From a virus, in IMG/VR virus record IMGVR_UViG_3300032225_000936, positions 1-14,940 of that record: DNA of 14,940 nt; one strand, given 5' to 3'. How positions within the stretch are numbered: the first letter of the stretch is position 1; the number at the start of each line of letters is the position of its first letter. A model generated the notes under the pieces. The model did not search any database and was not told where the DNA came from. It saw only the letters and a program-made list of their open reading frames with translations. The position numbers and the translations under genes were made by a program. Of this stretch, positions 6,356 to 13,709 are shown in pieces.

Positions 6356-6541
6356 TTAAAGTTTCGGCGTGTTGTTTTTATTTGCAAGTTCAGGATTAAG
6401 GAAACCCATTAGCCCAGCTACTACGGCGCCAACAATACTTCGATAATCTAAAGCAAATTGTGTAGCCTGCCAGGACGCAAGAAAAGCAACAAGGCCAAAC
6501 GCTACGGGTTTAGGTAAATTATTCATTTTCGTAACTTTCAC
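6356..6541 (-). CDS. Holin-like small membrane protein
   Basis: 61 aa with two hydrophobic segments (PVAFGLVAFLASW and IVGAVVAGLMGFL) and a polar, charged C-terminus. It has a GTGA overlap with the M23 peptidase gene and is the last gene of the late operon. Confidence 0.6.
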   Translation of the reverse strand: MKVTKMNNLPKPVAFGLVAFLASWQATQFALDYRSIVGAVVAGLMGFLNPELANKNNTPKL

Positions 6542-6945
6542 TTTAAGGCCGTAGTTGGGTCTACGGCGTCTACGGCGTAACGATAAGGGTAAACTCTCGC
6601 TTCTAAATGTAAATGTGGGCCTTTACTGTTGCCACTAATGCCACTAAGCCCAATACGTACACCCTGTTTAATGTGTGTGCCGGGCTTAAAATCGGCTTTT
6701 GCTTTTAAGTGTGCATAAATAAAGCGGTGGTAGCCGTGTTGGATCACTAAATGGTTTCCGTAGGCTTTTCCCCAGTTGGTGGCGACTACTACGCCGTCAC
6801 CTACGGCATAAACTGGCGTACCAATATCAGCTGCGTAATCGGTGCCGGTGTGATATCCGCAAGACCAAGCGGTTCCGTGTTCCCCAAATTTACAAGTCAC
6901 TACACCATTTTTTATTGGTTTGGTAAAAGGTACATTTTTAGGCAT
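6538..6945 (-). CDS. M23 (LytM-type) peptidoglycan metallo-endopeptidase; lysin
   Basis: 135 aa with the HxxxD motif (HTGTDY) and the HxH motif (GPHLHLE), plus the GD-G-V..A and GN.V.I.H blocks typical of Peptidase_M23. It has a TAATG overlap with the upstream gene. Confidence 0.9.
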   Translation of the reverse strand: MPKNVPFTKPIKNGVVTCKFGEHGTAWSCGYHTGTDYAADIGTPVYAVGDGVVVATNWGKAYGNHLVIQHGYHRFIYAHLKAKADFKPGTHIKQGVRIGLSGISGNSKGPHLHLEARVYPYRYAVDAVDPTTALK

Positions 6946-7448
6946 TAGACGGTGTAACTTCCTGTGATAGTCCAGTAATCGTTAGACGTAATTGTTACGG
7001 GTGTACCTTGCGCAAATTGGGTTAGTGTTGTGCCGTTTGAAAGGTACGGTTTAGCAAAATTGGATTGAATTCTTACTTGTGTTGGGTAATAGTTGCCGGG
7101 TGCGTCGTCCCAAAAAATACCGTTTACCCATTTTGGGCTTACGTAACTGTTGTTGGCTACTGGTAGCGAAAATTGAATTCCGCCGTCGCCTTTGACACCG
7201 TTGCCGACACTAAATTTAATTTCAAAATGCACTTTATCGCTGACACGTTGATAGCGGCCGATTATGGTGCCTGTTCCTAGCGTCCAGTTAGTCGTCCCGC
7301 CGTCGGTGCTAATGGTTGGTGTGTATGTTTGCCAAGCGCCTAAAATGGCGTCTACGTCGCTTCCAAGATTGCTAATCGCTGTGGCACCGTTTCGGACTAA
7401 ATCGGTGCTTACAGGAATTCTAAAACCATTGTTTGTTGTTGTTGCCAC
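6945..7448 (-). CDS. Minor tail / putative receptor-binding protein
   Basis: 167 aa with a GTG start in a TAGTG overlap. The N-terminus (GFRIPVSTDLVRNGATAISNLGSDVDAIL) resembles the conserved N-terminal motif of Gram-positive and actinophage tail-fibre or minor-tail proteins. The remainder is beta-rich. Confidence 0.5.
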   Translation of the reverse strand: MATTTNNGFRIPVSTDLVRNGATAISNLGSDVDAILGAWQTYTPTISTDGGTTNWTLGTGTIIGRYQRVSDKVHFEIKFSVGNGVKGDGGIQFSLPVANNSYVSPKWVNGIFWDDAPGNYYPTQVRIQSNFAKPYLSNGTTLTQFAQGTPVTITSNDYWTITGSYTV

Positions 7449-8614
7449 TAGATAACATCACTCCATTTAGTTGTTGCCGTTGCATAAGTGGCCCACGTTT
7501 CCGTTGCGCCAACGTTATACCACATAGTGTAAGGCTTGGTTTCTATGTAATCGGATAGGAAAAGGGTTAAAATTCGTTGGTTTCTTGCAAGGCTCCACGT
7601 GTAGCCCTCGATAAAGCCGTTAAATGTTGCCCCAAATTGGTTCGGTACGGCCACACTAATACGTTGCCCAGTTCGGGCAAGGATTAGTTTATTCCTTAAC
7701 GTGTCGTCTAATGCTGGGTTTTCTAAGTTAATTTGGCAGCTAGTAAGGCGTGGCCGTGGGTAAGCGCGTGACGCTAAAAGTATTTGGGCTTGCGTATTGG
7801 CGTCGCTTTTATTGTGTAATTCTGTTTGCCTAGTTGCTGATAAGGCGCCAAACGTTGCTTTACTTGTTGTGTCTGTGTATGTGTCGCTTGTGCTGCCACT
7901 TGTTGCACCAAATGAAAGGTTTATGGAATTAGCAATAGTCGTAACAGACTGGGTAGTGCCTAAACTTGTTGCTAATACTTGACTAGCATTTAGCCCAAAA
8001 CTATCGCTACGATCTATACGCGTTTGATAACTTTCGTATTTAATCGTTTCTAAATCCTCGTATAAAAGGCCCATACCCGACTGGGCGGCGTTTTGCATAA
8101 TTTCAAGCACTGAAAAGCCTTTTTTATTTGCTGGGGCTATTTCGTAAGCGCCCGGGGTTTCGATAGCAAAATACGGCCAAGTGCTGTACGTGGCGGCTTC
8201 CGCTATTCGGTCACCTTCTTTTTTGCTAGTAAATGCCGCCGACGTGTCTAAAACATCACGCTGTAATCGTGTTAAAGGTCCAGTAGCTGTTAAAACGTAT
8301 TCAATGAGTCCGTTTCCATTTTGCCAGTTGGTTACGTTTTGGCTTACGTCGGTTACATAACCAATAAATACATAATTTAATAATGTTGCTGCTAGGTCGT
8401 CGTCTACGGCCCACGTCACAATATCGCCTATGGCTATTGCTGGCGGTGTTGGGTTATCTTGGCGTAATGAGTATGAACACGTAAAAGTGCTTGGGCTTGG
8501 TTGGTCTGCTAAGTTTTGGCGTCCGTAGGTCGCGCTTACGCTGTAAATGTCGGCTACGTCGTCTAGTATGTGAAAACCGACACTTAGGTAATTACTTGGG
8601 CTGGGTATAGACAT
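7448..8614 (-). CDS. Distal tail protein-like (Dit / siphovirus tail component)
   Basis: 388 aa immediately after the tape measure, with a TAATG overlap. Position and N-terminal pattern (..SVSATYGRQNLADQPSPSTFTCSYSL) are consistent with Sipho_tail-type proteins. Confidence 0.55.
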   Translation of the reverse strand: MSIPSPSNYLSVGFHILDDVADIYSVSATYGRQNLADQPSPSTFTCSYSLRQDNPTPPAIAIGDIVTWAVDDDLAATLLNYVFIGYVTDVSQNVTNWQNGNGLIEYVLTATGPLTRLQRDVLDTSAAFTSKKEGDRIAEAATYSTWPYFAIETPGAYEIAPANKKGFSVLEIMQNAAQSGMGLLYEDLETIKYESYQTRIDRSDSFGLNASQVLATSLGTTQSVTTIANSINLSFGATSGSTSDTYTDTTSKATFGALSATRQTELHNKSDANTQAQILLASRAYPRPRLTSCQINLENPALDDTLRNKLILARTGQRISVAVPNQFGATFNGFIEGYTWSLARNQRILTLFLSDYIETKPYTMWYNVGATETWATYATATTKWSDVI

Positions 8615-9849
8615 TATATGGCTACCCTGTTTACATTTACCGTACCTGTCCTAATGCTTGACTGTTGCAAAAGGTTTTCAATAGTTCGGCGTGCGCTTTC
8701 AGCGTCCACTATGCCATTTAGGTTAATAACTGTTTGACGTCCACGTGCATACGATCCGCCGCCGCCACCGTTAGGCCTTGTGGGTGGTGGTGTATTACTT
8801 CCAAAAGGGTCACTAATTTTATTGCCTAAGTTATACCCAAAATTAAAGAATTTATTTATGGTGTTTAGGCCGCCTTTGATGTAACCAATAGCCGTAGCAA
8901 GTCCTCTAATGGCTGCGGCAACGTTATTTAATACGTCGGCTAGGGTCTGCATATTCTCTGCAAAAGTTTTAACTTGTCCATTGCCTTTAGTGGTAAATGC
9001 TTCAAATAAAAGTTTAATAGCTGTGCCAATTTCACCTATGGCTTTACCAATATTGTAAGCCGGACCTTTACCTTTACCGCCAGTAACACCGTCAATAATT
9101 TGCGTAAATGCTTTGGCAATTTTGGGCAAGTATTTTTCGGCTAAAGGTTGAAAAGCGGTTAAAATTGACGTACCGATAGTTTCTTTAGCTTCGTTAATTC
9201 GCTGTTTGAAAATGTCCATTTTGCCTGCGAGAGTATCCGCATTTGCGGCAGCGGCACCCCCAAACGTTTTACCCATAATTTTGGTTGCCGCGGTTAAATC
9301 TTTAGTCTTAATAATTGTGTCAGATAATGGCACACCAAGTTTTTTAAGTGCCGACAGGTTCCCATTTTGTGCGCGAGATAACGCCTGTGTCACGCTGTCC
9401 AAACTTTTACCGGTCCCGGCTGAAACGTCTAGCGCAAGACTTAATAAATCTTGGGCTTTTGTTACGTTGCCTGTGGCTCTGGTTAATCGTGCAAGGGCTG
9501 GGCGTAATTTGTCGTCAGCTATACCGTAAGCAAATTGGGTTTTGGTTATGTATTTTTCAACGGCTTTAACTTGCTTATCTGTCGCTTTTGTTGTGTTTTT
9601 AAGTGTTACTTGTAATTGCTTTTGACTTTTCTGGTCCTCAATGGCGGCTTTTACGGCGTCCACACCATAAGCGACGGCAAGTCCAGCAACGGCAACGCCA
9701 GCAAGTACGGCACTTTTGCCTATTTTTTTCATACTAGACGTTATGGAACTACTAAATGAATTAGTTTGGCCAGACGCTTTTTTAAGGCCTTTACTGAAAT
9801 TGTCCGTATCAGCTAATAAATTGAGTTTAAGCGTTCTAATGTTTGCCAT
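8614..9849 (-). CDS. Tail tape measure protein
   Basis: 411 aa, largely helical and A/K/L/T-rich, with a hydrophobic segment (AVLAGVAVAGLAVAYGV) and a glycine run near the C-terminus (PNGGGGGSY). It sits downstream of the chaperone. Confidence 0.85.
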   Translation of the reverse strand: MANIRTLKLNLLADTDNFSKGLKKASGQTNSFSSSITSSMKKIGKSAVLAGVAVAGLAVAYGVDAVKAAIEDQKSQKQLQVTLKNTTKATDKQVKAVEKYITKTQFAYGIADDKLRPALARLTRATGNVTKAQDLLSLALDVSAGTGKSLDSVTQALSRAQNGNLSALKKLGVPLSDTIIKTKDLTAATKIMGKTFGGAAAANADTLAGKMDIFKQRINEAKETIGTSILTAFQPLAEKYLPKIAKAFTQIIDGVTGGKGKGPAYNIGKAIGEIGTAIKLLFEAFTTKGNGQVKTFAENMQTLADVLNNVAAAIRGLATAIGYIKGGLNTINKFFNFGYNLGNKISDPFGSNTPPPTRPNGGGGGSYARGRQTVINLNGIVDAESARRTIENLLQQSSIRTGTVNVNRVAI

Positions 9850-9853
9850 TTTT

Positions 9854-10378
9854 TTACCATTTCTTTTTAATAATTTTATCCATTGTGGCTAAGAAATCGC
9901 GCCTAATTTGTGGTTGTGCTTTTCTTAGTGTTGGAAAGATAAAGTAACCGCGGCTTCCTGACTTGAAACGGCCAGAATAAGCCGGGAATTTACATCCGCC
10001 TTCTGGAAAAGTATTAGGTCCGGGCTTTACCGCGCCAAACTCTGTACCAAATAATAATTCGCCATAAGTGGGTTTAGGGTTATTTGGTGTTGCCTTACGA
10101 CTAACTGGCGCTTTACGCGCTCCACCAACGGTAATACTGGGTACACGATCCTTATTTGCTTTTAGGCTTCGGGCTACCATTTGGGCTTGGCGTGGGTTAG
10201 GTGCGTATACGGCGGCGTGCTGTATCTTTTGCACAAGGTTACCCACCATACGCTTATTATTTTTACGTAATTGTTCTTGGGCTTCCTTAGGCATTGTGCG
10301 AAACGCTGCCATAAGGGTTTCGTAGTCCTCTTGGTCTAATTCGACTTTAACTGTTATTCGGTCTGCACTATTCGGCAT
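9854..10378 (-). CDS. HK97 gp10-family-like head-tail joining / tail completion protein (atypical position)
   Basis: 174 aa. The layout ..ELDQEDYETLMAAFRTMPKEAQEQLRK....LVQKIQ...(insert)...YGELLFGTEFG.....FIFPTLRKAQPQIRRDFL..MDKIIKK follows the gp10-like pattern (l..l......lr.a.......i...a......EfG.......pfl.pa). Confidence 0.45.
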   Translation of the reverse strand: MPNSADRITVKVELDQEDYETLMAAFRTMPKEAQEQLRKNNKRMVGNLVQKIQHAAVYAPNPRQAQMVARSLKANKDRVPSITVGGARKAPVSRKATPNNPKPTYGELLFGTEFGAVKPGPNTFPEGGCKFPAYSGRFKSGSRGYFIFPTLRKAQPQIRRDFLATMDKIIKKKW

Positions 10379-10741
10379 TTTCCAATAACTCCCAAGCGGT
10401 TTTTAGGTCTGTCATACTCCAAGTTTTTAAGTCTTGTAATGGCAAACCTGTGTTTATTGCTAAATCTACAAGGGCGCGGCTTACGCTTCCTTGTCTATGG
10501 CTTTTGGGAAATCGTCTAGCACCTCAAAATTGGCTAGAGTTTTTACCCAGTCTTTATAGTCTTTTGCGGTTTCACTAGCTAGCCATAAAGCGTAAGTTAT
10601 TACTTTCGTACTTCCGTCGGCTATTTTGTCTTGTGCTTGGGATACGGTTAGGCCTAATTCGTCCTCTAACCGTACCCAAATCCAAGCCTGATCTAGGTTT
10701 ACCGTCGTTTCGGTATTTGCGTTATTTAGTTTGACTTTCAT
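10368..10741 (-). CDS. Candidate -1 frameshift product of the chaperone gene (gpG-T-like, 124 aa)
   Basis: The slip site is C_CCA_AAA (10508..10502). The -1 frame has a TGA 6 codons upstream of the site and no plausible start of its own. It stays open for 44 codons (SHRQGSVSRALVDLAINTGLPLQDLKTWSMTDLKTAWELLENAE*). It ends 11 nt inside the next gene, filling the 102-nt gap. Confidence 0.5.
10481..10741 (-). CDS. Tail assembly chaperone (gpG-like), zero-frame product
   Basis: 86-aa acidic protein between the major tail protein and the tape-measure region. It contains a slippery heptamer 6 codons before its stop. Confidence 0.6.
   Translation of the reverse strand: MKVKLNNANTETTVNLDQAWIWVRLEDELGLTVSQAQDKIADGSTKVITYALWLASETAKDYKDWVKTLANFEVLDDFPKAIDKEA
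10502..10508 (-). promoter_or_regulatory. Candidate -1 programmed ribosomal frameshift heptamer CCCAAAA (X_XXY_YYZ)
   Basis: In the zero frame this reads TTC CCA AAA GCC, so C_CCA_AAA fits X_XXY_YYZ exactly. Confidence 0.45.
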
Positions 10742-10761
10742 TTTCCTGCTCCAGTTTCTGT

Positions 10762-11175
10762 TTAGGACTTGGTGACGGTTCCGCCAGCAATTTTAAACGT
10801 TAGTGTTGTTGTTAGTGCGTCGGTGCTTGCGCCACCTACGTTTGGCTTTTCTGGGTATACGTTGCCGCTAAATGTTTTGCCACCTGTTTTGGTTAGGAAA
10901 CTGAAAGCAAGTACGGTATTTGGTGCGCTGGCCGCTGCCGCGTAAAGTGCGTCACAGACTGACGCTGTACCGGTGCCGGTGCTGTCCCAGTCCTGATAAA
11001 GTTCAACGGTTAGCGTGGCGTCGGTGCTAATGTAAACGTCTGTTTGGCCGCTAATTGGTTCAAGTGTTGCGCGGTTAATGGTTTCTGCCAGTAGTACGTT
11101 ACTAGCTACGTCCTTGTAAGCGACGCCGCCAATAGTGATAACTAGGCCCTTGCCTGTTGTAAATTCTCTTGCCAT
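10762..11175 (-). CDS. Major tail (tube) protein
   Basis: 137 aa and beta-rich, with a strong SD (TAAGGAG, 8 nt spacing). It lies between the tail-terminator-like gene and the chaperone. Confidence 0.65.
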   Translation of the reverse strand: MAREFTTGKGLVITIGGVAYKDVASNVLLAETINRATLEPISGQTDVYISTDATLTVELYQDWDSTGTGTASVCDALYAAAASAPNTVLAFSFLTKTGGKTFSGNVYPEKPNVGGASTDALTTTLTFKIAGGTVTKS

Positions 11176-11180
11176 TGTTA

Positions 11181-11543
11181 TTACTCCTTAGTAATGAGTT
11201 GGGTTATAACTAGATCACTAGTTAAATATTCGGTGCTGCCTACTTCGGCGTTTGTTGGTTGTGAAAAGTCCCCAACACTAACCCAGTCTGGCAATTTGCT
11301 AAATACTGTTTCTATCATTTTTTCCAAGTTTACTAATGCCGCTTGGTTATCGTTGTTAATGACCATTAGTGTTACTTGAAAATTTGCTAACGTCGTTACG
11401 GAATTTACAATATTTACATACGGTGAACCCGGCACAATAACGACGGCTGGCGCTATCATTGTTTCGTTTGGGTAGGAATACACAGAGTAACCGCTACTTT
11501 TTAGAGCTGCGGCTAATGCTGTACGTGTTTTGGTTAAACTCAC
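11181..11543 (-). CDS. Tail terminator / tail completion protein (DUF3168- or gpU-like)
   Basis: 120 aa with a GTGA overlap to the connector gene. The pattern ..AL.....V.....E...AP.VVIVPG......(x)..F.V.L.V resembles DUF3168-type tail terminators. It sits just upstream of the tube gene. Confidence 0.5.
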   Translation of the reverse strand: MSLTKTRTALAAALKSSGYSVYSYPNETMIAPAVVIVPGSPYVNIVNSVTTLANFQVTLMVINNDNQAALVNLEKMIETVFSKLPDWVSVGDFSQPTNAEVGSTEYLTSDLVITQLITKE

Positions 11544-12106
11544 CCTACAAAACCGCCCATATTCATATACGGCGCCAATAAACCTAAAACCCTAGTTAGC
11601 AAACTACGGCCTAAACGGTGTGGCGCTGGCGTGAAATCTACCGATTGAATAGTGCCGCCTGGGCTTGTTCGCTGTTGAAAAATCTCAACGGCAACGGCTA
11701 AAGCGGCTTCGCGTACGGCTGGCACAAGGTCGTATAACGTCGTTTGGCTTGCCAATTTAACTTTTGCGAAAGGTTTAACTTTTTGTGTAACTAATTGTGC
11801 TTGTGTAAAAGTTACCTGAAACCACCTAATACCAATATCGGTTATGGTTTTGGTTCCATTAAAGTTGCCTGAAAGTCCACTAATAATAACGTTGTCGCCA
11901 ATGTTAAAACTGTGGTCTGTGTACGTGTAGTAGGTTATGACGTTTTTGTTATCTGCTTCGTAACCCCAGATACTAGAAACGTTGTAATCTAAAAGGCCGT
12001 CTACTAGCTGGTCTGCCGCGTCTGCTACTTGTTGCAACATTTCGTCAGGGTATAAAGTACCGACGCCAAGTGTTACCCTGAATTCGTCTAAATCTACTTT
12101 TGCCAT
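11540..12106 (-). CDS. Head-tail connector / adaptor (gp6-like) with extra internal and C-terminal segments
   Basis: 188 aa. The N-terminal helix (LDEFRVTLGVG...DEMLQQVADAADQLVDGLL) and a later helix (VPAVREAALAVAVEIFQQRTSPGG) match the gp6-like connector pattern. A beta-rich segment of roughly 85 aa lies between them. The SD is AAAGGA at 8 nt. Confidence 0.55.
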   Translation of the reverse strand: MAKVDLDEFRVTLGVGTLYPDEMLQQVADAADQLVDGLLDYNVSSIWGYEADNKNVITYYTYTDHSFNIGDNVIISGLSGNFNGTKTITDIGIRWFQVTFTQAQLVTQKVKPFAKVKLASQTTLYDLVPAVREAALAVAVEIFQQRTSPGGTIQSVDFTPAPHRLGRSLLTRVLGLLAPYMNMGGFVG

Positions 12107-12129
12107 TGTTTGGGTCCTTTTAGGTGGGT

Positions 12130-12163
12130 GGCTGGCGGTTAGGGAACAGGCTAACCGCCAGCC
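12130..12163 (-). terminator. Perfect 13-bp stem / 8-nt loop hairpin directly after the capsid gene (attenuator or mRNA-stabilising stem-loop)
   Basis: ggctggcggttag (12130..12142) and ctaaccgccagcc (12151..12163) are exact reverse complements. The hairpin starts 14 nt after the capsid gene stop. There is no U-tract on the transcribed strand, so it is not a canonical intrinsic terminator. Confidence 0.5.
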
Positions 12164-12176
12164 GGTCTAAGGGTTA

Positions 12177-13709
12177 TTAAGCGACGTTAAAGCGGCGTAG
12201 GCCTGCGGCACGCTTAATAATGGTTGCTAGGTAGCCGTGTAGAGAAACCTCAATTTGTAGAGAGTTAATCTGGTTTACCTGTAACATACGTGGCGCCTGT
12301 TCGTACACGCCGATTGAGTCAGGCGCAATAATGAAAGCGCTGTCGTCAATGGTTGTTGCAACCATAGCGTTATCTACGTATAGATCCAAGCCAAATACGT
12401 TACCGCGGTTTGAACCTACGGAAACGGTTCCGCCTGCGTTTTGTGGCATAGCGGCGTTAAAGATTGGGCGTCCTGTGCTGTCTGCTGCGTTTAGTAGCAA
12501 TTCCCATTGTGACGCGCCAGCAACGTAAGCGTTAGCAAAATTGCCTGTGCCTGCGTATGCTGCCACGGCTTCCTTACTTGCGAAAGCCTGCAAACCTGCG
12601 ACGGTTGCTGCGGTTACGGTTGCCTGTGTACCGCCTGAAACAATAGCTGCGATTACGCCTGCGTTTGTTGCTTTAGCGTATGCGGCTACCATTTCGTTCA
12701 TTAGTTCGTTGTAAAACGTTGGGGTGCCTTGTAAGTCCAACAATTCAACGCTAAAAGTATTCATACCTGCGTACTTGACGGCGGTGCCAGTTAGGTAGGT
12801 TGATGTAATACCGGTTTCACTTGGTGCCGCGTTTTCCGCTGTTGTTGCAACGGTTGGGACGGTACCAATTTTAGGAATTGAAATGGTGTTACCTACGAAA
12901 CGGTGAGCGGTTGCGCCACCTAGTGCTTCGATAGTTGGGCGGCCAAACTTACGCTGTGCGCTTCCTACTACTTCGTTAAAGTATTCGGTTGGGTTAAAGC
13001 CCGGGTTGGTGCTTAGGGTGTCGTCAGCTGCCATAACGTACTGGCGGCTTTCGTCGTTGCCGCGTGCGGCTTTAATGGTGTGTTCTAGGTACGTTGCGCC
13101 GCTGTTGATTGGGCTACGTGGTGCGGTAAGGATAGGTGCTGCTGCCTGTACGACTGGCGCTGCGGCGGCTTCTACTTCCTCGATTGTTGCTTCTGACACG
13201 GTGGTTTTCTCCTCTTGTGTGTCGTCGGGTGTAGTTTCGGCCGCTACTTCTGTTTCGCTGGCCGCTACGTTTGTTACTTGCGCGTCGCTAAACGCGGGAC
13301 TGTGGACTAATGAAACTTCCACAATTCGGGCGGCGGTTACGTGCATAACTCCGTCGTTCATTGTGTAGTTGTCAATTTGGGCGCCAACACTTAGGCCGTC
13401 ACGTAAGCCGTCGGCGGCTTCTACAAGTGCGTCGCTTCCAGCTGTTGTATTGGAAACCTTAAAAGTGCCTGTAATTCCGCCGGGTGTTACCTGAAATTCG
13501 ATTGCTTTACCGATAGGGCGCTGTGCGTCGTGCTGTAATAGAAATTTAACCGGCTTAGGGTCTGGGCTTGTAATAGATCCCATTTCAAATACGACTGGGC
13601 CAGCCGACGTATTTCCAGTTTTACCAAAAGGCACTACTAGGCCTGTAATCTGTCGGGTATTTTCGTTTGCTCCCATAATGTGGGCAGCAAAAGTAATAAA
13701 TTTATTCAT
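12177..13709 (-). CDS. Prohead protease (HK97 gp4 / S78-like) fused to an HK97-fold major capsid protein
   Basis: A single 510-aa ORF. Residues ~1-150 carry protease blocks (FLLQHDAQRPIGKA, DGLRDGLSVGAQI, EVSLVHSPAFSDAQV). An acidic, Ala-rich linker covers ~150-205. Residues ~205-510 look like an HK97-type capsid protein (..YLTGTAVKYAGMNTFSVELLDLQG.PTFYNELMNEM..). The SD is AGAGGAAG. Confidence 0.85.
   Translation of the reverse strand: MNKFITFAAHIMGANENTRQITGLVVPFGKTGNTSAGPVVFEMGSITSPDPKPVKFLLQHDAQRPIGKAIEFQVTPGGITGTFKVSNTTAGSDALVEAADGLRDGLSVGAQIDNYTMNDGVMHVTAARIVEVSLVHSPAFSDAQVTNVAASETEVAAETTPDDTQEEKTTVSEATIEEVEAAAAPVVQAAAPILTAPRSPINSGATYLEHTIKAARGNDESRQYVMAADDTLSTNPGFNPTEYFNEVVGSAQRKFGRPTIEALGGATAHRFVGNTISIPKIGTVPTVATTAENAAPSETGITSTYLTGTAVKYAGMNTFSVELLDLQGTPTFYNELMNEMVAAYAKATNAGVIAAIVSGGTQATVTAATVAGLQAFASKEAVAAYAGTGNFANAYVAGASQWELLLNAADSTGRPIFNAAMPQNAGGTVSVGSNRGNVFGLDLYVDNAMVATTIDDSAFIIAPDSIGVYEQAPRMLQVNQINSLQIEVSLHGYLATIIKRAAGLRRFNVA

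Noticed and set aside
8740-8790. The GC-rich run encoding PNGGGGGSY in the tape measure (ccgccgccgccaccg) as a slippage or phase-variation tract.
   Set aside because: It is a short, imperfect triplet-type run inside a conserved-looking C-terminal region. Glycine runs are common in tape measure proteins, and there is no alternative open frame downstream.
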